Shown here: positions 13,201-24,179 of the stretch, piece after piece | Position numbering within the stretch: position 1 is the stretch's first letter | How the letters are laid out: each line of letters starts with the position of its first letter | Made by a program: the position numbers and the translations under genes | Source: Oikopleura dioica | Lineage: Eukaryota > Animalia > Chordata | Length of the DNA stretch: 64,000 nucleotides | Direction: 5' to 3' | Assembly (NCBI GenBank): GCA_907165135.1 | Contig: OU015567.1 | Span: 5,766,001-5,830,000 of the forward strand | The notes under the pieces: model-generated | Seen by the model: the letters and a program-made list of their open reading frames with translations, nothing else | What the model was told of the DNA's origin: nothing | Database searches by the model: none

Positions 13201-14911
13201 GCCGAGAAATCATCTCTTGATGGCTGACGAGGCATGCACGCGGAGCCAATTAACCAACTTCGCCAAATCGAAAAATAAAGAACGAAAAAAGCTAATTGCT
13301 TGCTTTTTCTTGAACGAGTGCCACAAAAACGCCTTTGTCGGTTTGTCATTCAGAGTTCCTAGACTGGAACTATTTCCATTTTCCGAATTTGATTCAGTTG
13401 AAATTCAGCCTTTTCGTTTTCGTGAAAACAAGGGAGGAGACGAAGATGCTGTCTCGAACTACTTTGTTGGGCTTTGTAAGGACCGCGAAAGCTGATAATA
13501 ACAGTCGCCAGTGTTTCGGCTGGGGTTGGGGAGAGCAAACAGATTACAGGATTTATGTCCGACAGCAGAAGTGAGCTTGAATCGCGGCCAACTGCGACAA
13601 TGTAAACGCCACTGCTCATCAAAGTAAACATAAACCCTCCGCTCGTTTTATCGTTTTTCTTGTTGAAAAGCGCGTGCAGGCTTGAGTGGGAGACACTTTT
13701 AGCGCTATCGTTTTTACGGAGCGAGAGTGATCCGGATTAGAAGTTAGATATTATTGGAGCAGACAGCTGAAATTTATTGACTGACTTTGAGAACTGAAGG
13801 TTTGTTAGTTGCTTGTTTAAAGTTAGCTAATAGCAATAATGTAGATTAGCAATAGCTTTTGTCGAAGCTTGATTACGAAATCGCAACTTATCCATCTCCC
13901 CCATCTTTCCAGCTCGAAAAGCCGCTTGATCCGGCGGCCTTGATCCATATTTTATTTCCTGAATTTCATCTTCCCCCTCCGCCGCTCGTTTATCCACAAT
14001 TAAGGTCAAGCACATGTCAAGCAACTCCCTTTTTCTCTTCCGAAATTTCATTTTTCGAAGAAGTTTATAATCGAAATGTCCGGCATTTCAAATTTGGTAA
14101 ACATTAACTAGCGGGCGGCGCTTTGAAGCGGCGGAAATATTTCCGAATTTGGGAACTTTTACGCAGCCTTCTTTGGCAAATATGGAGCTAACATCCGGTC
14201 AGGAAGAGTCCCGCTCTTTTGATCCCCGAAAAAGTGCAGATTTCTGGCTTTCGCTTTGCTTGTTAATTTTTGATTGATTGGATGTTTCTGGGAAGGAAAC
14301 TTAATAAGCCGTAAAAACAAGTGAAGAATGCGATCCCCACCATCGATGTACCATAATTTGACATCTTCAAGTAGAGTTACTGACGTTTTTGATCCCTCAT
14401 CGCTCAAAAATCCGTTTTTCGGCGAAAACAAGCGGCAGAGGCTTAGCCTCGTGAGACCCATTTAGCCGATAATTTTTCTCAAAATTGTTGAATCAAACTT
14501 TGATTGATGAAAATGAAAAAGATGGTCGAAAATTTGGAGAAAAAAGGGCTTCTGGGCAAAAAGAAAAAAAGAAAAGTGTCTCCAGTGGGATGATCCTTAC
14601 TTCCGTTTTCTAAAAAAGCTCTTAATTTTAAATTGGATCTATTTCTTCCGCCCTTCTTCGACGCCCAGCCCGGAAAGTCGGCTTGTGGTTGTTTTAAAAC
14701 AGCTCATTAGCTCGAGTGCTAAAATTTTAAATACACTTGAATCCCTGTCACACTTCGATGCCGCTTATTTACCAAATTACACATTTCAATAAAACGATTT
14801 TGGGCAAGATCATATTGAAAGAATTTTAATAGATTCTTGCTTCTAGCGTTCCTTCGATTTTTTTTTCATGCAGTTTCGATCAATTTATTCTGGAGATTTT
14901 TCGAGCACAGT

Positions 14912-15389
14912 TCAACCCCCTTTCGCTTTCTTCTTTCCCGACAGGACGAGTTGATGCTCAGCTGCTCTGACTTGTCTAGTGACCAAGGCCAACTCTCGTT
15001 CCAGCTGCATTTTCGTCGCCATAAATCTGTTAATTTCGCTCAGACTCATGTTCTCATCCATAATGTAATTCTTTTCCGAGTTTTCAAGTTGCAAAAAACA
15101 TCCATTTCTACTTATAAAAAAGACTGATTCCTGAAGGACTTCATCCAAGATAAAAAATGCGAACAAACTGAGTTGGAAGACGGCTCCTGTTCAATCTCTT
15201 CATCGACTACGCCAGGTCTTGAGCCGATAAAAGAAGAGAAATGTGTCTTCCTTGTTGTTGGCAGTCTTCTTTGAATTTCGAGCGCAGCAGTTTCTCACTT
15301 CTGCTTTTTGAGCATTTGTCGGGTAGAACCAATTTTTGGAACTGTTTTATAGAAAGGGTTTTGATTGACCGGTAGGCCAAATACAGCAA
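14912..15389 (-). CDS. Paralog or fragment of the small coiled-coil gene at 19888-20776; 5' part diverged or degenerate
   Basis: 14900-15150 is a near-identical direct repeat of 19877-20122 and encodes MDENMSLSEINRFMATKMQLERELALVTRQVRAAEHQLVLSGKKKAKGG*. Confidence 0.5.
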
Positions 15390-15660
15390 TTTTATTGGTT
15401 AACCAAAAATTCACTTCCAAAAATTGGCTTTGATTTTTAAAGAATTGTATTTCACTTCGATTTTTCAAATCGAAGTTTATGATCATAAAGATTTATAAGA
15501 TAATTTCTCATTTTGGCAGAGCAGATGTAGTTTACGCTGGAAACATGTTTTTAGTGAAAATAACCCGGCGCGCGAGAGCGCAACTATGCGAGCCTAAATG
15601 CCGCTAGAATCGTGAGAAATGAGAAACGATTAAAAAACATTTTTAATAAAGTAATTAAAG

Positions 15661-17020
15661 ATGAGTCATCAGAGTTTCGTTTCGCTAAAATCAATTCTGA
15701 TCTTTTTGGCATTAAATGTCTTGATTTTAATAAACATTCGAAGACTGCAAAAGAGCAGCTTTTCCAGCGACTTTGAGATCTCAGATGGAAGTGAAAAGGC
15801 AGAAGCTTGGAAAAGAGAAAATCCGAAACAGATTTATTTTTGCAAAACTCATAAAACGGGAGGATCGACGCTCCAGAGCATCATTTTCAGGAAAAGTTGA
15901 ATTTTAAATTTTGACGATTTATTGAGCCCGTTTCAATCTCATCAAAAGATACGCAATGAAAAAGAATCTGACAATCGGCCTTTCAACTGGAGAAGATCCA
16001 GTAATGCTTTGTGGTGGAAGAGACGGATTCCACAGGGGCTGTACTGATCCTCCCGACGGACAATACGACGTTCTCGCTAGTCATAACAACTGGGAATGGC
16101 TTTTAAAATATTAAGAATTATTTATTTTCAAAATTCAGAAAATATAATAATATTAATTTTAAGCCAAAAAAAGAGTCCCTACGTAGACAAAGTGCTCCCG
16201 ATCGCGTCGAAAGTAACCGTGATTCGCCACCCGCTGAACCAAGTGGTCTCGCACTTTCACTATTTCTTCCACCAGTGGCACAGAATGGGAGTCAAGGAAA
16301 GAACCGTTGAGCAGTTCGAGCGAGCGCTGCTCAAAATCAGAGGAAACAAAATCTTCCCCGAATCTCAGGGCGAATCTATGAAGGTAATTCTTGGTTTCTC
16401 AGCTGAGCTCGTGATGAACTCTAGAATTTCATCAGTCAAAACACGTTCGACCTGGGCCTCTCGCGGATCCAGCCGCCAAAGTCGACGATCGAAGAGGCCG
16501 CCGACTGGGCGACGGACTACTACGATCTGATCCTGCTGACTGAGCGCTTCGAGGAGTCCATCATTCTCCTCAAAGACATGTGGAATTTGGAACTGGAAGA
16601 CGTCGTGGCGCTCAAAGCTAAGGACAACGCCGCGGCGAAAACTTTCGGAGTCGCCGATTTGCCCAAAAATCTAACGGTAAAATTCGCTTTCTGCTTGAAA
16701 AAATTAATTTTCAGGATTTCATTTTGGAGAAAAATCATCTCGATTTGGTCCTTTACGAAGCCGCCAACGCCGAATTGGACAGAAAAATCGAGCTCTTCGG
16801 AAAAGAGAAAATGGAGGCGGAAGTTGAAGCTCTTAAAAATGCGAAAAAAGAAGCTGAAGAACGCTGTGGCAAGCCAGACTTGGGAAGTACTCAAAGCAAG
16901 GCACCATCTGTGGATCATCGCAGAGAGTTGACCGTGGATGACGAGCTTTGCCAGCTGCTGAGATTCAACGGTCTCGAGTTTACCGAATATCTCAAAGCGA
17001 AGAGGAAGCAAAATAATTGA
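15661..17020 (+). CDS. Galactose-3-O-sulfotransferase (GAL3ST) family protein, copy 1
   Basis: N-terminal TM anchor; PAPS motif FCKTHKTGGST; VIRHP; DLILLTERFEESIILLK. Introns 15891-15948 (GA-AG), 16094-16173 (GA-AG), ~16384-16424 and ~16677-16713 (GT-AG). Confidence 0.9.
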
Positions 17021-17304
17021 TCAAAAATTGTGTTTTTAAACAAATATTGAAAATAAAATTAGCCTTTTGAAATTACTCCTTTCTTCTCAAAAATTATTCA
17101 TCGAAAATATGAGAGACCATGGCACAAGTTGCCGAGCCCAGCGCTGCCGAGTTTTGAGTGCTTGCTTTTTGGCTGGAGTGCGAGAGTCGTTGTTATGCCA
17201 GAAAACGGCTCGTGGAATGTTCAACCAAAAACTGAGGTCCCCGCGTGGAAAAAAACGAAAAAAATAGAAATTGGAAAGAGAATTAAAAGAGAAATTCAGC
17301 GGAA

Positions 17305-17708
17305 ATGAAGCTTTTCTGGCTTTCTTTCAATGGTCAGTGATGGAAAGCGATAATTTTTAACGAGGAAATATGATTCTAGAGCCCACTACCGCGCCAAGTC
17401 TTTCGGAGAAAAAAATCGCTGGTGAAGATGTCTTCAATTGTCTGCAAAAGAGAATGGATGCTGTTTGCAGCGAAGTTTCGGAAGGAGTCTACCCTTTTGC
17501 CCGAAAGAGCGACGCCTTTGCCGATTGGTATTGCTACGCTGGCTTTGACGACGACTTGGAGATTTCAAACGAGTGCATTTTATGGGCGGGTCGGCCTAAG
17601 GCTCCTTGCACCCCATTTATGCTGGATGGCTATGACACTGTGGATTTCTGGACGGATTCCTGCCTCTCAAACAAAATCGAGGAAGAACTGTTAATTTCTG
17701 ATTCTTGA
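17305..17708 (+). CDS. Small cysteine-containing, probably secreted protein of unknown function
   Basis: ORF 17370-17708 with 6 Cys (DWYCYAGF...ECILWAGRPKAPCTP); short hydrophobic first exon MKLFWLSFN at 17305 followed by a GT donor. Confidence 0.55.
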
Positions 17709-17734
17709 CATTTTCGCTGCAATAAACTACTCTT

Positions 17735-17771
17735 CTTGGCTCGGCAGTGTACAAAACCTGAGTCAGGGTCT
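17735..17771. mobile_element. Degenerate left TIR of the CTGGGCTCGG MITE family
   Basis: CTTGGCTCGGCAGTGTACAAAACCTGAGTCAGGGTCT matches the TIR of the 19243 element; no clear partner TIR or TSD. Confidence 0.65.
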
Positions 17772-17956
17772 TCGCAAAGTTATTATTCAATCTAATAAAA
17801 TAGGCACTTGTCAGCCGCTGCGCCGGTCCATTTTTACCGGGTGTTTTGAGCCCCAACACAAACGCTCTCGATGTAAAACACCAAATTGTTTTAGGATTAA
17901 CTGAGCCCAGGGCAAAGATATTCCGGCGGAATTATTTCTCGAAACATAAACGTAAA

Positions 17957-19726
17957 ATGGAGAGAAAAGAATTTTTGCACCGGGATTTTATTTTCGTATT
18001 TTTAAGCTTTTTACTTGTTTTTTCCTTCTTCGCACAGAACATTTTGATTTCGAAGAGTCGTTTATTCAAGAGAAAACGAAGTTTACTTATGAAGACTTGC
18101 AGCTTACCGCTGATTTGGGCTTCTGGAATCAATCCTGCAAGGTTTCTTACTCAGCGCGGGGGTTAAAATATGTTTGAAATATATATTTAGCCACAAGAGG
18201 GCGCAATCTTCCATAAAAAGCATAAAACTGGATCAACGACATTCAAAAATCTGATCGACAGATACTTCAACCTGAGAAACATGTTTTCTCTGGTCGAAGA
18301 GCCGCACATGATCTACTCGACGGGCTGTTATCCGGCCAAATTCAACAAAAAGTGCTGGAAACACGACCAAAGAAGAGAAAAAGTCCTCGGCATCGATTAT
18401 CATTTTACTTGGAACCCGGACTATTTACCGACCATTCTCGACGAAAATAGAGATTCAGGAAAGATCCAAATCTTTAATTTAAATTTACTTGCTTATTTTT
18501 CTCAGCTTTAATTCTCAAGTGGATCTTTCGCAGTGAAAATATTCACATCAGTACGCGACCCTCTCGCTACTTTCCGCTCCGCCTTCAATTACTTCTACTC
18601 TTCGATTTCGAAAAGAGTCAGCGACGGATGCAACGTCATTTGCTGGGAAGCGCCCTTCGAATCCATCGTTCGCCGCTCAAATTCGACTTTCGAAAACGAG
18701 AAGCCGGACATCAACGAGTTCTTGAGCATTCTGCCGGAGAACTACGACGCGGCAGATGGCTGGAACTTCCGAGTGCGCAATCTTCAATCCTACGAAATGG
18801 GCTTGGACATGGACAAAATGGACGACTTTCTCTTCGTCAAGCAGTATTTTGAGAAGCTCGACACTCAGTATGATTTAGTCTTGATACAGGGGATGAAATC
18901 AGTTGCCATCAGAAATTTTTAACTATTTTATTTATTAATTAATTGTTTATTATTTATCATTATTTTTTCCCTAGCTGAGTTCTAACTTCGTTTCTGATTT
19001 CATTCGAAGATCATCGAATATTTCTTCGAAGGAATCGTCCTTCTCAAGCATCTCCTCTGCTGCGAATACACAGACCTGTACATCGAAAACGCGAATTCTC
19101 TGAAATACACGCACGCCCCTCTCGAGCCAAGCAATCAGCAGATTTTCGAAGACTTTTTCGAAGTCGATATTTTGATGTACAACTATTTCAATGCCTCGTT
19201 TTTCAGAAAAATCGAAGCGTTCGGAAAGGAGAAAATGCAAGTCTGGGCTCGGCAACCTGCGTAGAAAACCTGAGTCAGGGTCTCAATCATCGAAAATGAA
19301 AAGCCGCGTAGTTTTTGAGCATTCAGACCCTGACTCAGGTTTTCTACTCAGGTTGCCGAGCCCAGATGCAAGTAGAAATCGAAAAAGCGAAGTTGACATT
19401 CGAAGAGTGCAAAAGCAAAAAGATCGAGTGCAATGATTCGCGCCTCCCTCCAGGTAGAAACTAGCGAAATCCCTGATTTAAACAAGTGAAAATCAGCAAC
19501 TCCGTCAAAGTCGATTCAAACACCGAAACTCAAGCTGAGCGAGTTTCTTGAAATCATGGAGGAGGGCCACGGCTCCTGTGAAGGGAAGCTGAATCATTAT
19601 CACCAAGCAAAAATGCTTTACGAAACTGGATCTTGGGCCATGGACGCTCAGACGAACGGATTCTGCAGAAAAATAAGAGACAGAATTCTGAGCATGGAGC
19701 TCGACACAAAAGTTCCAATCAAATGA
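17957..19726 (+). CDS. GAL3ST family protein, copy 2 (apparent -1 frameshift in a T run at 18018-18023; MITE-derived intron at 19241-19365)
   Basis: TM anchor FIFVFLSFLLVF; FHKKHKTGSTTF; SVRDP; RNLQSYEMG; EYFFEGIVLLKHLLC; RKIEAFGKEKMQ parallels RKIELFGKEKME in copy 1; last exon ends ...VPIK* at 19726. Confidence 0.8.
19243..19365. mobile_element. 123-bp MITE with 8-bp TSD (hAT-like) inside an exon; candidate introner
   Basis: 41-bp TIRs with one mismatch (19243-19283, 19325-19365); TSD ATGCAAGT at 19235-19242 and 19366-19373. Confidence 0.95.
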
Positions 19727-19887
19727 GCAGTAGTCTTCACTGTTTTCATTTGCTGTATTTACTGCTTGATTTACGGCGTTGTTCAAACTTTTTAATTCAT
19801 TTTTTTTCTTTGTAAAATAAACTATCGGATACTGTTTGAAGAATATGGTTTAGGGAGCAGTTTATTCAGCGTTTGTTCGAGCACAGT

Positions 19888-20776
19888 TCAACCCCCTTTC
19901 GCTTTCTTCTTTCCCGACAGGACGAGTTGATGCTCAGCCGCTCTGACTTGTCTAGTGACCAAGGCCAACTCTCGTTCGAGCTGCATTTTCGTCGCCATAA
20001 ATCTGTTAATTTCGCTCAGACTCATGTTCTCATCCATGATGTCATTCTTAAGCGAGTTTTCAAGTTGCAAAAAAAGATCCAATTTTACTTAAAAAACTGA
20101 TTCCTGAAGGACTTCATCCAAAATCCAATCTGGACATTCATTCTTCTCCTTGTTGTTCGCAGTCTTCGGCGGCTTTGGATTTTGAGCGCGGGGCGAAGGC
20201 ATTCCAGTGATTTTTTCGTTCAGCCGGGTTTCCCTTGCTTCTCGTTTTTCTCCGTAAATTGACTGAAATCGACAAATTAAGAGGCGGAGATTCCTAACTC
20301 TTGAGATCTTTGATTACCTTGAAAAGAAAAGGTTTTTCTTCCGCAAATATTTCCTTGGCAATTGCCGTCTCCATCTTCTTCTCGACATTGAAAGCCGGCG
20401 GGTTCGAAAAATGAAAATTTATCAAGTCGACGAAGTGCTTGAACTGCTGTGGCGCGTCTTGAGGAGGAAGCTTTATCTTCGAGTGGCAGGCTTCGGAGAG
20501 GTAGAAGGCGACCGCGAAGTCGAAGAAGATGGAAGTGACGTCGGAAGCGACCTCCTTCAGGAATTCGGAGAGGACTTCTCTGTTCCACCAGACGAACTCG
20601 CGCTCGACTTTGATCTGCTCCGCCGAGCTCATGCGAACGATCACAGTCGGCATGTCTTCCAGGCAGTGTTTCTTCATGCTCTCCAGTTGCAAGTCGCTGC
20701 GGTGGAGGAGGAGCATCTGCGCGAATCGAACTTCCCGGTGACCTGGATACCCGCTTTTGAAGAGGAAGCTCATCAT
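19888..20776 (-). CDS. Unknown protein with a C-terminal coiled coil, 3 exons
   Basis: ORF 20776 to ~20316 (...KPFLFK), GT-AG intron, exon SIYGEKREARETRLNEK...DWILDEVLQ, GA-AG intron 20047-20103 (contains an in-frame stop), last exon NDIMDENMSLSEINRF...KAKGG*. Confidence 0.65.
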
Positions 20777-21292
20777 CGTGAAATCTTTTCCAGGGCGAAT
20801 AAAAATATAGCGAGATTAGTTTTGATAGCTCTTTTGAACCCTTCCTTCTTTGTAATTTTCAAGAAAAAGTAGACTTTTGGCGCGCGAAAACCCTCAAATG
20901 CGTACATTCTAAAATTCGAACACCGCTAAAACCAGAATTTCTCTGAATTCATGAAAAAATCTCTTGGTTGAATTTATTCTGAATAAACCCGTGTCCGTCC
21001 CACGCTGATTTTGAATGACCTCTAGAGATTTATCGTGATTCTAGAATCTAGAACTTCACGAATCCGTGAATCCGCTGAAGAAGAGTAAGGCAGCTCAGTT
21101 TCCACGGAAAAGCCTAAATACAGTAAGCTCTACTGTATAAACTTGAGTCTTATCTTCTTTTCGTCTTATTTATGTCTCGCTTTTTTCGCTAATAAACTTA
21201 TTGTCGTGCTGTCGAACTCTAACACTCTTATTTTTCCCCTTTTCAAACCCTTTTCTCAGCAAAAATCATTTTTCGATGAAAAAGTTGAAATA

Positions 21293-21818
21293 ATGGGCTC
21301 TTGTCTTTCCGGGAAGAGAAAAACCAGAACGCGAGTAATTTACATTCCAAGGTAGAAAACGACCGAAATCGCGCTCTTTCACACTTTCAAGAGGCAAAGT
21401 GACGAAGTACTGCGCTCAATCTCGACGAATGAACCAGCGAAGAACGGCTACGTGCGAGCAGATCATGCAGCAAGAAGGACTCACGCTTCGATGTCTTTCA
21501 GAATACTCGCTTTCTTACAGTGATGGCTGGAGTTGGGTGGCGCTTCATGATCTCCTGAGTCCGGACAGATTCGACGACCTTCCGGACAGAAGATCTTGTT
21601 TTTCAGACGAAAAGTACAGCGACCCCGATTACGACTACATCGACGATGGATATCGCATGGGTGCGGGTCTTTTCTTTGCCAAAAATTCAGAAAAGCAAAG
21701 AGATCTCGCTAAAGACTCGTATTTACGCGACGAAGCGATCATCGAAAACGACGAAAACGATCCCTTCGACGATGGCGCTCACGATGTAATCCACGAAATT
21801 TCCTACGAGTACTGCTAA
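21293..21818 (+). CDS. Small acidic protein with an N-terminal MGSCLS lipidation-type motif
   Basis: Exon 1 MGSCLSGKRKTRTRVIYIPR; ~40-nt GT-AG intron; exon 2 in frame with ORF 21399-21818. Confidence 0.7.
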
Positions 21819-22113
21819 AGCGGGTTCGAAATTACATAAGCAAATGAGAAGTGTACATTTGTTTCTCTTGAACTTCGAAAACAAGGACTTATCACGCCCA
21901 TGCGTCGACAATTGCGTACTACGCTCTCCATTAAAATTCCTTTCAACAACTTCTTTGCTAATTAATTATCTTTTTTTAAAGAAAAATTGAAGCGAAGCCA
22001 ATTTAATTAAAAAACTGATAAAATTTATTATCAAAATTGAAAACAGACAGAACGAAAAAAGACAAACAGAAAGACAGAAACAGAATCTCAGAAAACATTA
22101 TCTTCTTTTAAGT

Positions 22114-22491
22114 TTATAATTTTTCGATTTTAATTTCTGTTCCTCTTTCGCTCGGCTCGTCGACCAGCGCGGAAATGAAAAGAGTGTCGCCGTCGATTCT
22201 GGCTTTGAGGGAGCCTTCTATCGCGTCGTAAGGCATGGATATGCTGGACTGCCACTCTCTGGCCCAGTAGTTGCCGGAGATGGTGATTTGGCCGTCTTGT
22301 TCGGAGATTTTCAAGCTCTCTAGCTCCTCCTGCTGGAGCGGGATCGTCGCCACCCACCTGTTCGACTGGTAGCCAGCTTCGATGCGCCGGCCCGGATTTG
22401 TCGGGATGAACTTGGGAGTCGAGTCCTTCGCCACTGCGAGCGAGCGGGTGAAGGTCTTGGCGATGCGGGAAGCTGTGGCGCTGGCGGACAT
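22114..22491 (-). CDS. Small heat-shock protein (HSP20/alpha-crystallin domain), intronless
   Basis: LESLKISEQDGQITISG...SISMPYDAIEGSLKARIDGDTLFISA...RGTEIKIE fits the alpha-crystallin pattern; TATA-like CATAAATAC about 65 bp upstream on the minus strand. Confidence 0.75.
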   Translation of the reverse strand: MSASATASRIAKTFTRSLAVAKDSTPKFIPTNPGRRIEAGYQSNRWVATIPLQQEELESLKISEQDGQITISGNYWAREWQSSISMPYDAIEGSLKARIDGDTLFISALVDEPSERGTEIKIEKL

Positions 22492-22629
22492 GATGTGTTA
22501 TTGCGTGGAGGAATTCTTTTAGGAAGAATGGGGCGATATGCGCAGCGCGGCGGTATTTATGCGCTCGGCAGGGGAGCGTAGGTGGACGCCAGGAGGCGAT
22601 AACGAGGGGAATTCCCCAAGTGACGAAAG

Positions 22630-22853
22630 ATGGGAAGATTCTCTCGCTTTTTCGTCATTTCTAGCGCGTTGTTCATCAGTTGTTCAGCCCTGCAAGCTCT
22701 GATCACCCTCCCCAGGCCTGTCTACCTTCACAATTCAATAATAACGATGAAAACTTGATAACACCGTTGTTCAATGATGAAAGTTTAAAACGAGCTGTTC
22801 AGACGGCGATCATCCCTTTTCGGCGTGATCTTTTTCGGCCGGGCGAAATTTAG
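22630..22853 (+). pseudogene. Frameshifted copy of the 75-aa secreted peptide gene at 27458
   Basis: Lacks one G after CTCCCC at 22713/22714 relative to copy B; restoring it reopens the frame to the same ...FRPGEI* end. Confidence 0.7.
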
Positions 22854-23908
22854 ACACAACTTGAAATTCCACGAACTTTTCACTTCAGAACATTCCAGCT
22901 GCATAAGAAGCTGAATAACAAAGAAAGGGAGGCGGCCAACTCCCCCTTTTTAGAAGCGAGACTCGTTGCCTAGGACGTGACAACTTGCAACTAGCAAAAA
23001 AAGGATGAAAAATGCGTTTGAAACGTCTCCCAGACGATCGAACTCACAATCAAAGTCATTTTTTTCATCAAAAAAAGAAGGAGAAATTTAAATTTCTGAT
23101 TCAGTAGACCAATTTATCCAACTTTTATAATCTCCAAAAAATTAATCAGGAAACATATGAAGACACTGAAAAAAATTGATTCTAATTAAAAATTTTTGAC
23201 TAACCGTATTTGCGTCGAAAACTCAGGCCGGTGTCACAACCTTACGCTCATAAAAAAGAAGAAAATAAAAAAGGTCGTTAATTCTGAGAATAAAAAGATT
23301 TCATCAGACTTGTTAAAAACGCTTCTACTCAGCGAACTTAATTGAAAAGAGAAAATGGAAAACGAAAACTTCGAACTTGAAAATCTTTTAATCACTGACC
23401 ATCCATCTCAACTAGAAAACGTAATAGATAAACTGATAGAAATGCTTCAAATCATTGCTTATCCATCTCAACTGGAAAGGGAGAAAGTTGAGTGTTGGCT
23501 GGAAGAATTTCTTCCGAAATTGAAGAGGACGACTTCGAGGACGCAGAAATGCCGACTTTTGGAATCGGTTGAGCGACTTGATTTTGAAGATGATAGCAAT
23601 GCTTATCGGTGGGAATTCGTAAAATTTGATAACGAAGGCCGAGGAACGACTTTCGACCGAAAGAATAAAAAACTTGAGGAGTTTGAGCAGACAGACTTCC
23701 AAAAACAAATTCTTCAAAATGAACTGTCTCTTCTTGATGAGAGAATCGGACGATGGGAGATCAAGGAAGAGTCTGGTGATTGGCAATCAGATGACGATTT
23801 GGAAAAGAAGGTGTTGTCGAGAGGGGGAGAAGCAATCGTGCTTGCTGAAAATTTTGAAGGTTTTGAGGCAGTTGTGCGAGTGCAGGTCTTTGATCCGTTT
23901 GTTTTTAC

Positions 23909-24179
23909 GGGTGGCGGGCGGCTACGTTCGAAATCGGTTTTTGGGCCAATTTTTCGAACGGCGTTCGAAATTTCCAAAAAATCTTTACCAAAATATGAGC
24001 TGAAACCATTGAAATCGTGTAAGTAAAGGAAGTTGGCATCATTATGGGAGAGTTTTCTTACAAATCAGGCGCGGAGCGCATATAAGCTCATTTTTATAAG
24101 CAGTTTCAGAAACTTTTCGAACGGCGTTCGAAAAATCTCGAACGGCGTTCGAAATTTCGAACGTAGCCGCCCTACACCC
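23909..24179. mobile_element. 271-bp MITE with 8-bp TSD in a kinase exon
   Basis: TIRs GGGTGGCGGGCGGCTACGTTCGAAAT / ATTTCGAACGTAGCCGCCCTACACCC; TSD GTTTTTAC at 23901-23908 and 24180-24187; absent from copy B at ~29480; internal CGAACGGCGTTCG repeats. Confidence 0.9.

Noticed and set aside
19243-19365. Repeat-spacer-repeat layout (41/41/41 bp) resembling CRISPR
   Set aside because: Repeats are inverted, not direct; there is a TSD; the context is eukaryotic with no cas genes.
22500-22620. GAA/TTC clusters upstream of the sHSP as heat-shock elements
   Set aside because: Spacing does not form three contiguous inverted nGAAn units.
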